This document shows, in pieces, positions 20,656 through 30,260 of a stretch of 64,000 bases of DNA. The notes beneath the pieces were generated by a model, which worked only from the letters and a program-made list of their open reading frames with translations, did no database searches and was not told the DNA's origin. Numbering within the stretch: position 1 is the stretch's first letter; every line of letters starts with the position of its first letter. The stretch is taken from positions 133,347-197,346 of the forward strand of contig CAZCNP010000002.1 in assembly GCA_964500725.1 (NCBI GenBank). Direction: 5' to 3'. The stretch is from an uncultured Gammaproteobacteria bacterium (GTDB taxonomy: Bacteria > Patescibacteriota > Microgenomatia > Daviesbacterales > UBA10151). A program made the translations under genes and the position numbers.

Positions 20656-21699
20656 TCATTTATCGTATTTTAATACTAATTGCCGAATATTGTTGAAATC
20701 GCTAAAATAGCGGGATTTAGGATCATCAATCAGGCCGATACGGTCCTCCTTTCTTTTAGAAAATAAATATGTAGCATGTAGTAACCTTAAACTCCGGGCA
20801 AATATATTTGGAAAATTTTCTAAAAATAGATTCAGTCTAGCTGTTAGATGTTCTTGAGTAGATGTTTTAAAGTAATTTGGCATGCTTGAGTCAATCACCT
20901 TTGAGGTCTTAAATGACGTGATATTAAATTTTTTAAAAGCTGAAATAAGACATTTCTTAAACTTTGCAAAATCAGCATCATAAGTACCTTCTTTTTTTGC
21001 ATCCTGCAGGCTTGGCCAGTAGCTGTAAGAATGAGAAAATGCCTGTCTGGCAGCATAGAAGGTATTTAATCTTTTTATTTTTCCGTATGCAACAGTAAGC
21101 ATATCAGGAAGCAACTCTCCAAACAGGATGTGGTTAACTTTTGAGTTTAAAAACTTACTATAACAGGTTTTAACGAACCTTGTTCTTCGTACTGACCAAA
21201 GAACCAGATTGTAATTTGTTAAATGATAACCAAGTCTTTCTAGCGGATTAGGGTAAGTTATTGATTCATTGCGATAGAAAAATCTCCACCAGAATTGTTT
21301 TAAAAAAGAATTTTTATAAACATAAAAAGAAATATATGTACCGTGAGCAGCAGAATAATCAGGGTTCTTTTCCAAGAATTCTACAGCTTCATTTATGCCT
21401 TTTGGTACTATAAAATCGTCATCAGGGCAAAAAACACAATATTTACTCTTGGCATATCTAACCATTTCACCGAATTTTATATGAAAATTCATATTGCTGG
21501 AACATTTGTCCACGTATTTAATTTTTAAATGAGGGTATAAGGAAATATTTTTTTTGTTAATTTTCTTATTATTCTGATTACTGGAATCAACTATGAAGAT
21601 ATTAAAGTCCACATTATAGGAATTATAGTAATCTAAAATTCTTTTGAGAAATTTGGGTCTATTAAAAGTGGGGATAAATAAATCAACTTTATTGTTCAT
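20656..21699 (-). CDS. Putative GT-A-fold glycosyltransferase (GT2-like).
   Basis: VDLFIPTFNRPKFLKRILDYY...FIVDSS...CPDDDF (DxD-like). Confidence 0.45.
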   Translation of the reverse strand: MNNKVDLFIPTFNRPKFLKRILDYYNSYNVDFNIFIVDSSNQNNKKINKKNISLYPHLKIKYVDKCSSNMNFHIKFGEMVRYAKSKYCVFCPDDDFIVPKGINEAVEFLEKNPDYSAAHGTYISFYVYKNSFLKQFWWRFFYRNESITYPNPLERLGYHLTNYNLVLWSVRRTRFVKTCYSKFLNSKVNHILFGELLPDMLTVAYGKIKRLNTFYAARQAFSHSYSYWPSLQDAKKEGTYDADFAKFKKCLISAFKKFNITSFKTSKVIDSSMPNYFKTSTQEHLTARLNLFLENFPNIFARSLRLLHATYLFSKRKEDRIGLIDDPKSRYFSDFNNIRQLVLKYDK

Positions 21700-21715
21700 A
21701 CAAACGCTTGCTTAC

Positions 21716-22885
21716 TCACTTATCTAATCTATCCTTATTAAGGATCTTTATTAAAATATTGCATATATAATCAACATCAGATTTAGTTAGTTTAAACGAA
21801 TAGGGCAGACTTATTGTAAAAGGAGATAAGGCATAAGAAATGACGTTTTGTTTTTGATAATTCTTTTCTTTGCAATATTGCTTATAGGCTGGTTGAGAAC
21901 TAACAGGATAAAAGAAAGGTCTGGTATCTATGCCATATTTTTTAAATTCATCCATGATTTTTTCCTTTTCAATTTGATATTTGCCACATAATACGGCATT
22001 AATCATCCAAAAGGAGCTTTTTGTGCCGGGGGTTTCGGAATTTAATTTTATATCATCTATATTTTCCAGCCTTTTTTTATACCACTCATAGACTTGTCTT
22101 TTTTTGGATACGAGTTCGTCAAGGCGTCTTAGTTGGGCAAGCGCTAAAGCGGCTTGAATATTAGTCCATTGGTAGTTGTAACCGATTTCCACAGACCAGA
22201 AGGTTTTTTCATTGTAAGGAATCATTCCATGGTGATAAAGCTGCTCAAATCGGTCAAATAACTTTTTGTTATTTGTTGTTATCATTCCACCTTGGCCGGA
22301 CATCATGATTTTTGTGGCATTAAAAGAAAAGGCGCTGACACCACCAAAAGTACCCGCTTTTTCTCCCTGATATTCGGCCCCCATTGCTTCTGCGGCATCT
22401 TCAATTACATAAATTTTATGTTTTTTGGCAATTGCTAAAATATTTTTCATATCCGGCATATTGCCATACAAATCTACCAACATCACCGCTTTGGTTTTAG
22501 GGGTAATAAGTTTTTCAAATGAAGCAGGGGAAAGGCACCAGGTTTTAGGGTCGATATCGGCAAATATAGGTATAGCGCCTACATAAGTAATGGGGGCAAC
22601 CGAGGCAACCCAAGTAATGTCAGGGACAATTACTTCATCTCCGGGTTTAATACCTAATCCTAACATAGCTAGATGAAGAGCTGCTGTGCAGCTGGAAACA
22701 GGTAAACAATATTTGATTCCGGTGTAATTTGAAAATTCTTTAATAAATTGGTTAAGATGCATATTCCTGTTTTCATACCAGCCAATTTTTATTGCTTCTG
22801 TAACAAGTTTTACTTCTGCGTTAGTTACGGAAGGACCGCCTGAAGGTATTTTCCTATAATTTTTTTTAGTGGGTTTTTTATTCAT
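21716..22885 (-). CDS. DegT/DnrJ/EryC1/StrS-family PLP-dependent sugar aminotransferase.
   Basis: CTAALHLAMLGLGIKPGDEVIVPDITWVAS. FSFNATKIMMSGQGGMITT retains the catalytic Lys. Confidence 0.8.
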   Translation of the reverse strand: MNKKPTKKNYRKIPSGGPSVTNAEVKLVTEAIKIGWYENRNMHLNQFIKEFSNYTGIKYCLPVSSCTAALHLAMLGLGIKPGDEVIVPDITWVASVAPITYVGAIPIFADIDPKTWCLSPASFEKLITPKTKAVMLVDLYGNMPDMKNILAIAKKHKIYVIEDAAEAMGAEYQGEKAGTFGGVSAFSFNATKIMMSGQGGMITTNNKKLFDRFEQLYHHGMIPYNEKTFWSVEIGYNYQWTNIQAALALAQLRRLDELVSKKRQVYEWYKKRLENIDDIKLNSETPGTKSSFWMINAVLCGKYQIEKEKIMDEFKKYGIDTRPFFYPVSSQPAYKQYCKEKNYQKQNVISYALSPFTISLPYSFKLTKSDVDYICNILIKILNKDRLDK

Positions 22886-22888
22886 AGA

Positions 22889-23968
22889 TTAATTAATATG
22901 TTTTATCCAGCGCAGGTCGTCTGAAATATAACCGTTGCTAATTAGCCATTCCAATTTTTGCAACCGGTAAAAATTAATATTTTCAAATTGCTCTTTTGTT
23001 AGGTTAATTTCTTTAAACTTTTTCAACATGGCTTTAACGCTATTTTTTACAGTCCAATTGCACTCAAATCCTGGAAATACCTTTTTGATTTTATCAAATG
23101 AAATCTTATAGTTTCGGGAATCCACGCCATCTTGAATTTTTCGGTCCTTGATTAATTCTTTATTAATTTGAGTATTTGTTTGGTTAATAAAATTAATCTC
23201 ACAACCCTGAACTTGTTTTTTAACGATTTTGGTAAGGTCTAATATTTTATAATTTTCTGAAGTACTACCGACATTAATAATTACTTTCTGACTTATCGGG
23301 GGAGTATATTCAACCGCATATTTGATGGCTTTGCAAATATCGTTTACACAAACATTGGGTCTCCAAGCCTGCCCATTGGAATTTAAAATGATTTTTCCGG
23401 TGGTATAAGCCATGGCGGTAAACATATTGATAACTAAATCAAATCTCATTCTTGGAGATAAACCAAAAGCGGTGGCAAACCTAAAAATAATCGGAGTAAA
23501 ATTTTTATCGGTAATTTTTGCTAAGTCCTGTTCTATTTGTACTTTATTTAATGAATAAGGAGTTTGAGGGAAAACCGGTGAAGTCTCGTCAGAATATCCA
23601 TCAACCCCTTTACCGTATACTGAACAACTAGAGGAGAAAATAAATTTTATCCCTAACTTCTTACATAGTTTTGCTGTTTGTATAGTATGTTTTCTGACAG
23701 GATCATAGACTTTTACAAGATCCAAATTTTTAAAAGGATCATTCGAGATACCGGCTAAATAAATAACAGCATCAAACCCTTTGAGGTCTTTTGTGGTAAT
23801 ATCCCGAACATCTTTATATATTGTTTTGCAATCGTTTAGTGGGTAAAGCAGGCAATCTTTAATAAAACCTGTATCTATTCCCGAGACATTGTATCCATAT
23901 TGTACTAAATACGGTACCAAAACGCTGCCTATGTAACTTTGAGATCCTGTTACCAAAACTTTTTTCAT
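22889..23968 (-). CDS. NAD-dependent epimerase/dehydratase (extended SDR). Paralogous to 26636-27670.
   Basis: VLVTGSQSYIGSVL Rossmann motif. YSLNK (YxxxK). AYTTGKI...WRPNVCVNDIC shared with the paralog. Confidence 0.6.
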   Translation of the reverse strand: MKKVLVTGSQSYIGSVLVPYLVQYGYNVSGIDTGFIKDCLLYPLNDCKTIYKDVRDITTKDLKGFDAVIYLAGISNDPFKNLDLVKVYDPVRKHTIQTAKLCKKLGIKFIFSSSCSVYGKGVDGYSDETSPVFPQTPYSLNKVQIEQDLAKITDKNFTPIIFRFATAFGLSPRMRFDLVINMFTAMAYTTGKIILNSNGQAWRPNVCVNDICKAIKYAVEYTPPISQKVIINVGSTSENYKILDLTKIVKKQVQGCEINFINQTNTQINKELIKDRKIQDGVDSRNYKISFDKIKKVFPGFECNWTVKNSVKAMLKKFKEINLTKEQFENINFYRLQKLEWLISNGYISDDLRWIKHIN

Positions 23969-23971
23969 TGG

Positions 23972-24859
23972 CTAAATTTTATCATATTCTATGGTTTTCC
24001 TGAGGCCCATTTCGATGCTAAGCTTTGGGTGCCAGTTTATGGCTTGTTTTATTTTTGAGATATCGGCATAACTGGCCGATAAAGCATCGGTCGGCATTTG
24101 TTTTGACGTTTGATAGCCTCCACTTTTTTCGTAGATGTCATAAATTGTATTGATAATAGTTTGTACGCTTGTTAATCGCCCGGAACCAATATTAAAAATA
24201 CCGCTTTGGTTATACTCTAATACTAGTTTTGAAATAGCATCTGCCACGTCTTCTATGTAAATAAAGTCATTTTTGGCATCAGGGTTTCTGATTTCGGGTT
24301 CTTTTCCTTCTTTAAGACAATTTATAAGATATGAGATTAAGGAGGTGTTTTTTTGACCGGGTCCATAAACATAGAATAACCTTGTCCATAAAAAAAGCAT
24401 ATTATTTTCTATGGCAAATTCTTTGCCTATCCAATTAAGGGAATTTTTGGCGGCAGTAAAGCAATTGAAGGGTTCAACAGGCAAATCTTCCGATAATTTA
24501 CCCGGTATTTTGCCATATTCCCAGACACTACCTGTTACCAGCACTTTTCTACAATTTATTTTTAGCAATAATTGAATTAACTCTAATCCGTACTTTAAAT
24601 TCCGGATACTGTTTTTGGCACCGTAATCAGGTATTCCTTCCCATGCTAGATGGATTGTTGCATCCGGCTTAAATTTTTCTAAATCACCAGCCCAGTCATG
24701 AATACCTTCCAGGTTGCCTTCTAAAAATCGGATACCATCAGAAGATTTTCCGCCGTGAGGGTTTCTGGTAAGAAGCAATAAATCATTTTTCCCATTATCA
24801 AGCTTTTGGGTAACATATTTTCCAATAAAACCAGTTCCACCAGTGATGAAAATCCTCAT
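23972..24859 (-). CDS. NAD(P)-dependent sugar nucleotide epimerase/reductase (extended SDR, ~295 aa).
   Basis: MRIFITGGTGFIGKYV. Its size and its position after the cupin epimerase suggest a 4-reductase. Confidence 0.6.
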   Translation of the reverse strand: MRIFITGGTGFIGKYVTQKLDNGKNDLLLLTRNPHGGKSSDGIRFLEGNLEGIHDWAGDLEKFKPDATIHLAWEGIPDYGAKNSIRNLKYGLELIQLLLKINCRKVLVTGSVWEYGKIPGKLSEDLPVEPFNCFTAAKNSLNWIGKEFAIENNMLFLWTRLFYVYGPGQKNTSLISYLINCLKEGKEPEIRNPDAKNDFIYIEDVADAISKLVLEYNQSGIFNIGSGRLTSVQTIINTIYDIYEKSGGYQTSKQMPTDALSASYADISKIKQAINWHPKLSIEMGLRKTIEYDKI

Positions 24860-25419
24860 ACTTTTAATCCGCCGTACTTTTTAACAAACTCCTTGAAGCT
24901 TTGAGCTTTGGTATCCCTTTCAGAGATATCGGCAGGGGTCTTTATGGGCCAGTTAATGGCTAGATTGGGGTCATTCCACCTGATATTGTCATAACTCTCA
25001 GGTATAAAATACTCATCCATTTTATATAGTATTTGGCAATTAGGAGTTAGAGTACACATACACGGGGCACAGCCTTTGGGAATATAAATCTGATTCTTTT
25101 TTTCTGCAGATACCACAATCTGAATCCACTTACCAAAAGTTTTTTGTTTTGGTCTTAGATCGATAATGGTAAAAAGTATTTCTCCGGAGATTACCCGGAT
25201 TAATTTTGTTTCAGCGTATGGAGGATGTTGGAAGTGGATACCCCTGACTGTCCACTTCTCTTTGCTAAGAGAATGACTTTCCTGAATCCAATCCGTAACC
25301 AAACCGTGTTTTGCAAATATTTCTGCATCATAAGTTCTCATAAAAAATCCACGGGAATCAATATTTGGTTCAAGCTGAATTTCAAAAACACCCTTAATTT
25401 GTTTTTCTTCAATAACCAT
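24856..25419 (-). CDS. RmlC-like cupin, nucleotide-sugar 3,5-epimerase family.
   Basis: SRGFFMRTYD and VRGIHFQHPPYAETKLIRVISGEILFTIIDLRP are RmlC signatures. Confidence 0.7.
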   Translation of the reverse strand: MVIEEKQIKGVFEIQLEPNIDSRGFFMRTYDAEIFAKHGLVTDWIQESHSLSKEKWTVRGIHFQHPPYAETKLIRVISGEILFTIIDLRPKQKTFGKWIQIVVSAEKKNQIYIPKGCAPCMCTLTPNCQILYKMDEYFIPESYDNIRWNDPNLAINWPIKTPADISERDTKAQSFKEFVKKYGGLKV

Positions 25420-25437
25420 AAGTACTATTTTACAACT

Positions 25438-26631
25438 TTAAATAATCTTTTGAACTATTTGAAGTAAGCTCTTTTTAGGAGATACTAAAAATGTTTTGCA
25501 ACCTACTTCCTGCCCGGTTTGTTTATCCCGTATATCATCTCCAATAAAAATAGCTTTTGTTAAATCAATCTGGTGATCACGGCTGGCTTGTAGGAGTAAC
25601 CCTGGTTTTGGCTTTCGGCATTGACATCCTTCGTCCCATCCGTGGGTACAGACATAGATTCCATCTATTTTTGCCCCATTATTATTTAATTCCTTCAACA
25701 TATTCTTATGGATTAAATCTAAATCCTTTTTACTGAGAAAGCCCCTGGCTACCCCTGCTTGATTTGAAATGATAAATACCCTATATTCGTTATCGTTTAA
25801 AAGCTTTATTGCTTGAGTTGAATCCGGAAGAAATTTAAATTCCTTCCAGCTTTTAACATAGTCAGCCTTAGGAGCTTTTTTATTAATTACGCCGTCTCTA
25901 TCTAAAAATATTACCTTTTTGGGAATGAGGAACTTATTTATAATTTTTAATTTTTGCAGATCTCCAATACTATAATATTTTTGATCTGTTAAATACCCGG
26001 CAAGAGCCTCTTTTCTTATCAGCTTCGGCAATATTTCATTCTCAAACTTACAGTTTCCCTGAGGAAGCAACTTTAGGACTTTTTTATTGGCTATAAAAAA
26101 GCCTATATCAACAGCATTCAGATTTTTTTCTTTCCGATCAGGATCATATCCGGTGACGTAACCATTTTCTATCAGGATATTATTCTTTGTGGAATTATCT
26201 AAATTAGAAAAAGCGGTAATTAATATTTCAGAAGGATGGTCCTTGAAGAAATTAATATGCTTTTTAAGCTGTAGCGGCCAATAATTATCGCAGTATAGCA
26301 GCAAGAAATATTCATTTAGAAGTTTTTGTGCATTTTTGATTCGTATACCGCTTTTGTTTTCCAGCCCCTTTTCATCTAAAAACGGAGTATATGAATATTT
26401 AATCTTCATACCAAAGCTTGAACCATCACCGAAATATTTTTGGATTTTATCTTCCAAGTAACCGGTCAAAAGGACGATCTCCTTTATACCATTATCTTTT
26501 AATAAATTTATTAAGTATTCCAGAAAGGGTTTGCCGTTTATAGGAATTAAAGGTTTAGGATTTTTAAGTGTAAATGGCCGGAGTCTTCTTCCTTCGCCAC
26601 CTGCTAAAATTACAGCCTGGTTTATCTTCAT
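25438..26631 (-). CDS. Bifunctional fusion: N-terminal sugar-1-phosphate nucleotidyltransferase (HddC-like) and C-terminal D,D-heptose-1,7-bisphosphate phosphatase (GmhB-like HAD).
   Basis: N-terminus ILAGGEGRRLRPFT..KPLIPI (GGxGxRL). C-terminus VIFLDRDGVINKK...CQCRKPKPG...FIGDDIRD (GmhB DxD and Zn-binding CxC-like). Confidence 0.7.
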   Translation of the reverse strand: MKINQAVILAGGEGRRLRPFTLKNPKPLIPINGKPFLEYLINLLKDNGIKEIVLLTGYLEDKIQKYFGDGSSFGMKIKYSYTPFLDEKGLENKSGIRIKNAQKLLNEYFLLLYCDNYWPLQLKKHINFFKDHPSEILITAFSNLDNSTKNNILIENGYVTGYDPDRKEKNLNAVDIGFFIANKKVLKLLPQGNCKFENEILPKLIRKEALAGYLTDQKYYSIGDLQKLKIINKFLIPKKVIFLDRDGVINKKAPKADYVKSWKEFKFLPDSTQAIKLLNDNEYRVFIISNQAGVARGFLSKKDLDLIHKNMLKELNNNGAKIDGIYVCTHGWDEGCQCRKPKPGLLLQASRDHQIDLTKAIFIGDDIRDKQTGQEVGCKTFLVSPKKSLLQIVQKII

Positions 26632-26635
26632 GATT

Positions 26636-27670
26636 TTAAGTCCAGTAGAGGTTTTTATCTATTTTTCTCTGTTCAAGCAAGTATTTAACTTGTGGCAGGC
26701 GGTTACATTTCCTGCCTCTGAAATCTTCCTCGGTAAAATCGATTGATTTAAAAAATTCTACCAATTCTTTACCCCCTTTATCCAGATCCCACGCAGGTTT
26801 ATAGTAGTTTTTTAAGACTGATAAAATTTTTTTAAAAGAGACTTTGTAAGTTCTGGAGTCATTGCCATGTTCTCCGGTAAATGTTAAAGAACTTCCTGAT
26901 ACAGCTCTTTGGGCAGCTTCAGCCAGATCCCTGACGGTATAGTTTCCGTTTTTGATACCAACGTTGAAAGATTGGTTGCCAACTAATCTTGCAGGTGCTT
27001 CTAGTCCGGCAATATATGCCGAGCAAACATCCCTAACATGTACTACCGGACGCCAAGGAGTACCATCACTTTTAATTTCAATCTTGCCTGTTGTATAGGC
27101 ACAGGCCACTAAGTTATTAAAAACAATGTCACATCTTAAGCTTGGACTGGCACCAAAAATCGTGGAAGGCCTGAAGCAAATAACAGTAAAATCATCTGAT
27201 GAAAGCTTTTTAAGTCCGCATTCTGCCTGCCATTTTGTTTTAGCATACTCTGTAATGGGATTTTTGGTGCTATTATCTTCATCTAACTCACTGGCGGTAT
27301 CAGATATTCCATACATGCTCTGAGAAGAAGAATAAATAAACCTTTTTACTCCTGCTTGTTTGGCCAACTTTGCCAATTTGATGGTAGCTTTATAATTTAT
27401 ATTTTTGGTAAGTAGGGGATTGAGTTGTCCTACCGGATCGTTTGAAAGAGCAGCCAGATGAATAATAAAATCTATGCCTTTGAGATCTTCTTTAGAGACT
27501 TGTCTAATATCTTTAGTGATTTGTTTAATTTTTGCTGAGGTTTTTGGTAAAGGACATAATTTTTGATAATAATTAGTATCAAAACCAACTACTTCATATC
27601 CTCGTTGTATTAAAATATCAGTCAATACTGATCCGATATACCCTAAATTTCCGGTGACAAGAATTTTCAT
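26636..27670 (-). CDS. NAD-dependent epimerase/dehydratase (extended SDR). Candidate GDP-heptose dehydratase or epimerase.
   Basis: MKILVTGNLGYIGSVL. YAKTK (YxxxK). Located inside the heptose gene block. Confidence 0.6.
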   Translation of the reverse strand: MKILVTGNLGYIGSVLTDILIQRGYEVVGFDTNYYQKLCPLPKTSAKIKQITKDIRQVSKEDLKGIDFIIHLAALSNDPVGQLNPLLTKNINYKATIKLAKLAKQAGVKRFIYSSSQSMYGISDTASELDEDNSTKNPITEYAKTKWQAECGLKKLSSDDFTVICFRPSTIFGASPSLRCDIVFNNLVACAYTTGKIEIKSDGTPWRPVVHVRDVCSAYIAGLEAPARLVGNQSFNVGIKNGNYTVRDLAEAAQRAVSGSSLTFTGEHGNDSRTYKVSFKKILSVLKNYYKPAWDLDKGGKELVEFFKSIDFTEEDFRGRKCNRLPQVKYLLEQRKIDKNLYWT

Positions 27671-27675
27671 ATAAA

Positions 27676-28281
27676 TTATTCTTTTGTATTATTTTCTTCA
27701 AGATAATCAAAATAGTTTTTAAAGTATTTGGTCATTAGGTGCAAGATGACGGAGTGTATTCCCTCAACTAGTTCATATTCGCCTTTTTTGGTTTTAACTT
27801 TAATCTTGGCATCGGCTAATTTATTAAGAAGTCCACCATCGAAACCTGATACACCAATTACTGGAAGCCGATATCTTTTTGCCAGCTTAACTGCTTTAAC
27901 AACATTCATTGAATTACCGGAAGATGAAATTGCAATTACGGCATCTCCTTCTTTAATATAGTTTTGCAAGGGTCCGGCGAAAATCATTTCAAAAGAGACA
28001 TCATTAGCCCAGGCGGTTAATTCTTCTTCCGTGGTGGGGATACGAATTGCCTGAAACCGGCGAATATTTTTATCCAGGTGATGAGCAAAAACAGTTTTAT
28101 TGAAATCAGCTACAAAGTGTGTTGCCATTGCTAGCGATCCGCCGTTTCCAAATACATAAATTTTGCCATCCCTCTCATAAGTTGCCTGCAAAATATTTAC
28201 TGCCTTTGCGATCTCTTCGTGAGGCAAAGTCTGTAATATTTTAACGCTTTTTTCAATATAGTTAACTATATATTGTTTCAT
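27676..28281 (-). CDS. gmhA: Phosphoheptose (sedoheptulose-7-P) isomerase, SIS domain.
   Basis: KIYVFGNGGSLAMATHFVADF...AISSSGNS matches the GmhA SIS motifs. Confidence 0.75.
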   Translation of the reverse strand: MKQYIVNYIEKSVKILQTLPHEEIAKAVNILQATYERDGKIYVFGNGGSLAMATHFVADFNKTVFAHHLDKNIRRFQAIRIPTTEEELTAWANDVSFEMIFAGPLQNYIKEGDAVIAISSSGNSMNVVKAVKLAKRYRLPVIGVSGFDGGLLNKLADAKIKVKTKKGEYELVEGIHSVILHLMTKYFKNYFDYLEENNTKE

Positions 28282-29291
28282 TTTAGATTAAATATACTAT
28301 TTGAAACCACTTCCACTCCGGAATGAACGAATTTAATAGGGACCTCCTGAAAATTTAGGAGATTATTTCTCCTGGCAGCTTTTTTGATAGCTGCTTTAAC
28401 AGCTTCCCTTTTTTTTGGTGAAACAAGAAAAAGAAGACATCCGCCTCCACCTGCACCTAATAATTTTCCTCCCCATGCTCCGTTACTGAATCCAGTTGAA
28501 TAAAGTTTGTCGATAATATTGTTGGAAATCTTGGATGCCAGCTTTCTTTTTTCTAGCCAATTCTCATGAAGTATCCCGCCCAGAGATTTAAAATCTCCTT
28601 TTAGGAGTTTTTCTTTAAATAAGTCAACTGATTCTGCCATTGATTTTAGCCTTTCGAAATTAGACCGGATTCCTGATTTTTGTTCTATCAGAATATCTGA
28701 AGCTTGCCTTGTGATACCGGTAAAAAAGATTAACATGTGATTTTCTAAATCGATCCGTTTTTTATAATCTAAAAGTATAGGTTCTATGTCTACAGTCTCA
28801 TCCGGATTAAATTTAAAAACATTAAAACCACCAAAGCTGGCAGCGTATTGGTCTTGTTTGCCAATAGGATCTTTGATTAGATCAATCTCGATTTTGCACG
28901 CCTTTTCAGCCAAGTCTTTTTTATCCAGTCTTTTTCCCAGGTAAGCAGAGAATCCTTTTATCAGCGCTACTGTAAAACTCGATGAGGCACCGAGGCCGGT
29001 ACCAACTTTCATATGTGAAAAAGTGCCTATTTCCATATAATCATTTATATTTAAGATAGCCATTGTTTCCCTGATACGATTATTTTTTAAATCCTTAGCG
29101 TATTTTACGTTTTCAATTTCAGAATAACGAGCAATGATTCCTTGCAGCAAAGGAGCAGGGTTAATAGCGACATAAACGTATTTGTCTATAGTAGCGGAGA
29201 TAACCTTACCTTGATGTAATCTATAAAAATCCGGTAAATCCGTTCCGCCGCCAACAAAACTGATTCTGAGTGGAGCTCTTACAATAATCAT
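28278..29291 (-). CDS. hddA: GHMP-family sugar kinase, D-glycero-alpha-D-manno-heptose-7-phosphate kinase-like.
   Basis: RAPLRISFVGGGTDLPDFY N-terminus. GTGLGASSSFTVAL GHMP ATP-binding motif. GAGGGGC C-terminal motif. Confidence 0.7.
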   Translation of the reverse strand: MIIVRAPLRISFVGGGTDLPDFYRLHQGKVISATIDKYVYVAINPAPLLQGIIARYSEIENVKYAKDLKNNRIRETMAILNINDYMEIGTFSHMKVGTGLGASSSFTVALIKGFSAYLGKRLDKKDLAEKACKIEIDLIKDPIGKQDQYAASFGGFNVFKFNPDETVDIEPILLDYKKRIDLENHMLIFFTGITRQASDILIEQKSGIRSNFERLKSMAESVDLFKEKLLKGDFKSLGGILHENWLEKRKLASKISNNIIDKLYSTGFSNGAWGGKLLGAGGGGCLLFLVSPKKREAVKAAIKKAARRNNLLNFQEVPIKFVHSGVEVVSNSIFNLK

Positions 29292-29314
29292 GCAACTGGC
29301 TAGGATTATATCAT

Positions 29315-30169
29315 CTATTTAAGATATTTTAATAGATACGTAAGCTCCAATAGCATACCTAGCTTTTGGTTTTTTCTTTTTTTGACAAAAAAATCTCTTG
29401 CTCCGACGCTTTCATTTAGTTTTTGTGACTCCGGATATTTAAAAGGAACCTCTACGCTTTTAACCCTGAGGCCAGCTTTTAAGGCGGCAACAATAGGAAA
29501 AAAAATAGTGTTGGAATACTTTTCCGGATCAAAAATCTCATCTTGTGGGATATCCTTAAATATTTTTAAATAATCTCTAATGAACAATTCTAAGTTTGTT
29601 GTAGTATTTGCAAATATCCGGGGTCCGAAAAACATATCTAATTCCTCATCTTGACCGGAGAGCAGATTATGTAGTTTTAATTGTTTATTATATAATCTGT
29701 TCCCTTCAGTTTCTAAATAATACATATAATCAGGAAAAGATTTTTGAAATAATTTATCGTTTCTTTTTGCTATGATAATATCAGCCTTGTTTTCTAAGAT
29801 AGGTTTTGCAAGTATAGGGATACTATCAATTAGTGAAGTTTTCTCCGGTTCGGTGGCTATAATTACCCTGATACCAGGTAATTTTGAAGCAGCTATAAAG
29901 GCCTGGCGTTTAGCAGGAGATGATTGGATAGAATTTCGTTCAATGATTTTTAGATTTTTCTTAAATCTTAGAAGTTCTTTTCGGAAATTTTTCGAGTTTT
30001 TATTATGGACAACAACAACCTGATAATTTTCGATAACTGCTTTATTGATAAATTCTAATGCTAAATCCCCCCGTACCTTGTCCGTATGAGAAATATTTTT
30101 TAGTTTACCTTGATACCAAAGCGGATAATAGGTAATCAATGCAAATGCAACTGATTTGGGACCAAACAT
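29315..30169 (-). CDS. Hypothetical protein, possibly a glycosyltransferase-like (Rossmann) fold.
   Basis: 284 aa ORF with no recognisable motif. Placed by context only. Confidence 0.3.
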   Translation of the reverse strand: MFGPKSVAFALITYYPLWYQGKLKNISHTDKVRGDLALEFINKAVIENYQVVVVHNKNSKNFRKELLRFKKNLKIIERNSIQSSPAKRQAFIAASKLPGIRVIIATEPEKTSLIDSIPILAKPILENKADIIIAKRNDKLFQKSFPDYMYYLETEGNRLYNKQLKLHNLLSGQDEELDMFFGPRIFANTTTNLELFIRDYLKIFKDIPQDEIFDPEKYSNTIFFPIVAALKAGLRVKSVEVPFKYPESQKLNESVGARDFFVKKRKNQKLGMLLELTYLLKYLK

Positions 30170-30260
30170 TTTTAAATCATAACATATCTAATTCAGATGA
30201 AAATAAGAGTATGTGGTAACATTTACATAAGAAGTTCAAGAGAGTACAATATTTTAAATT

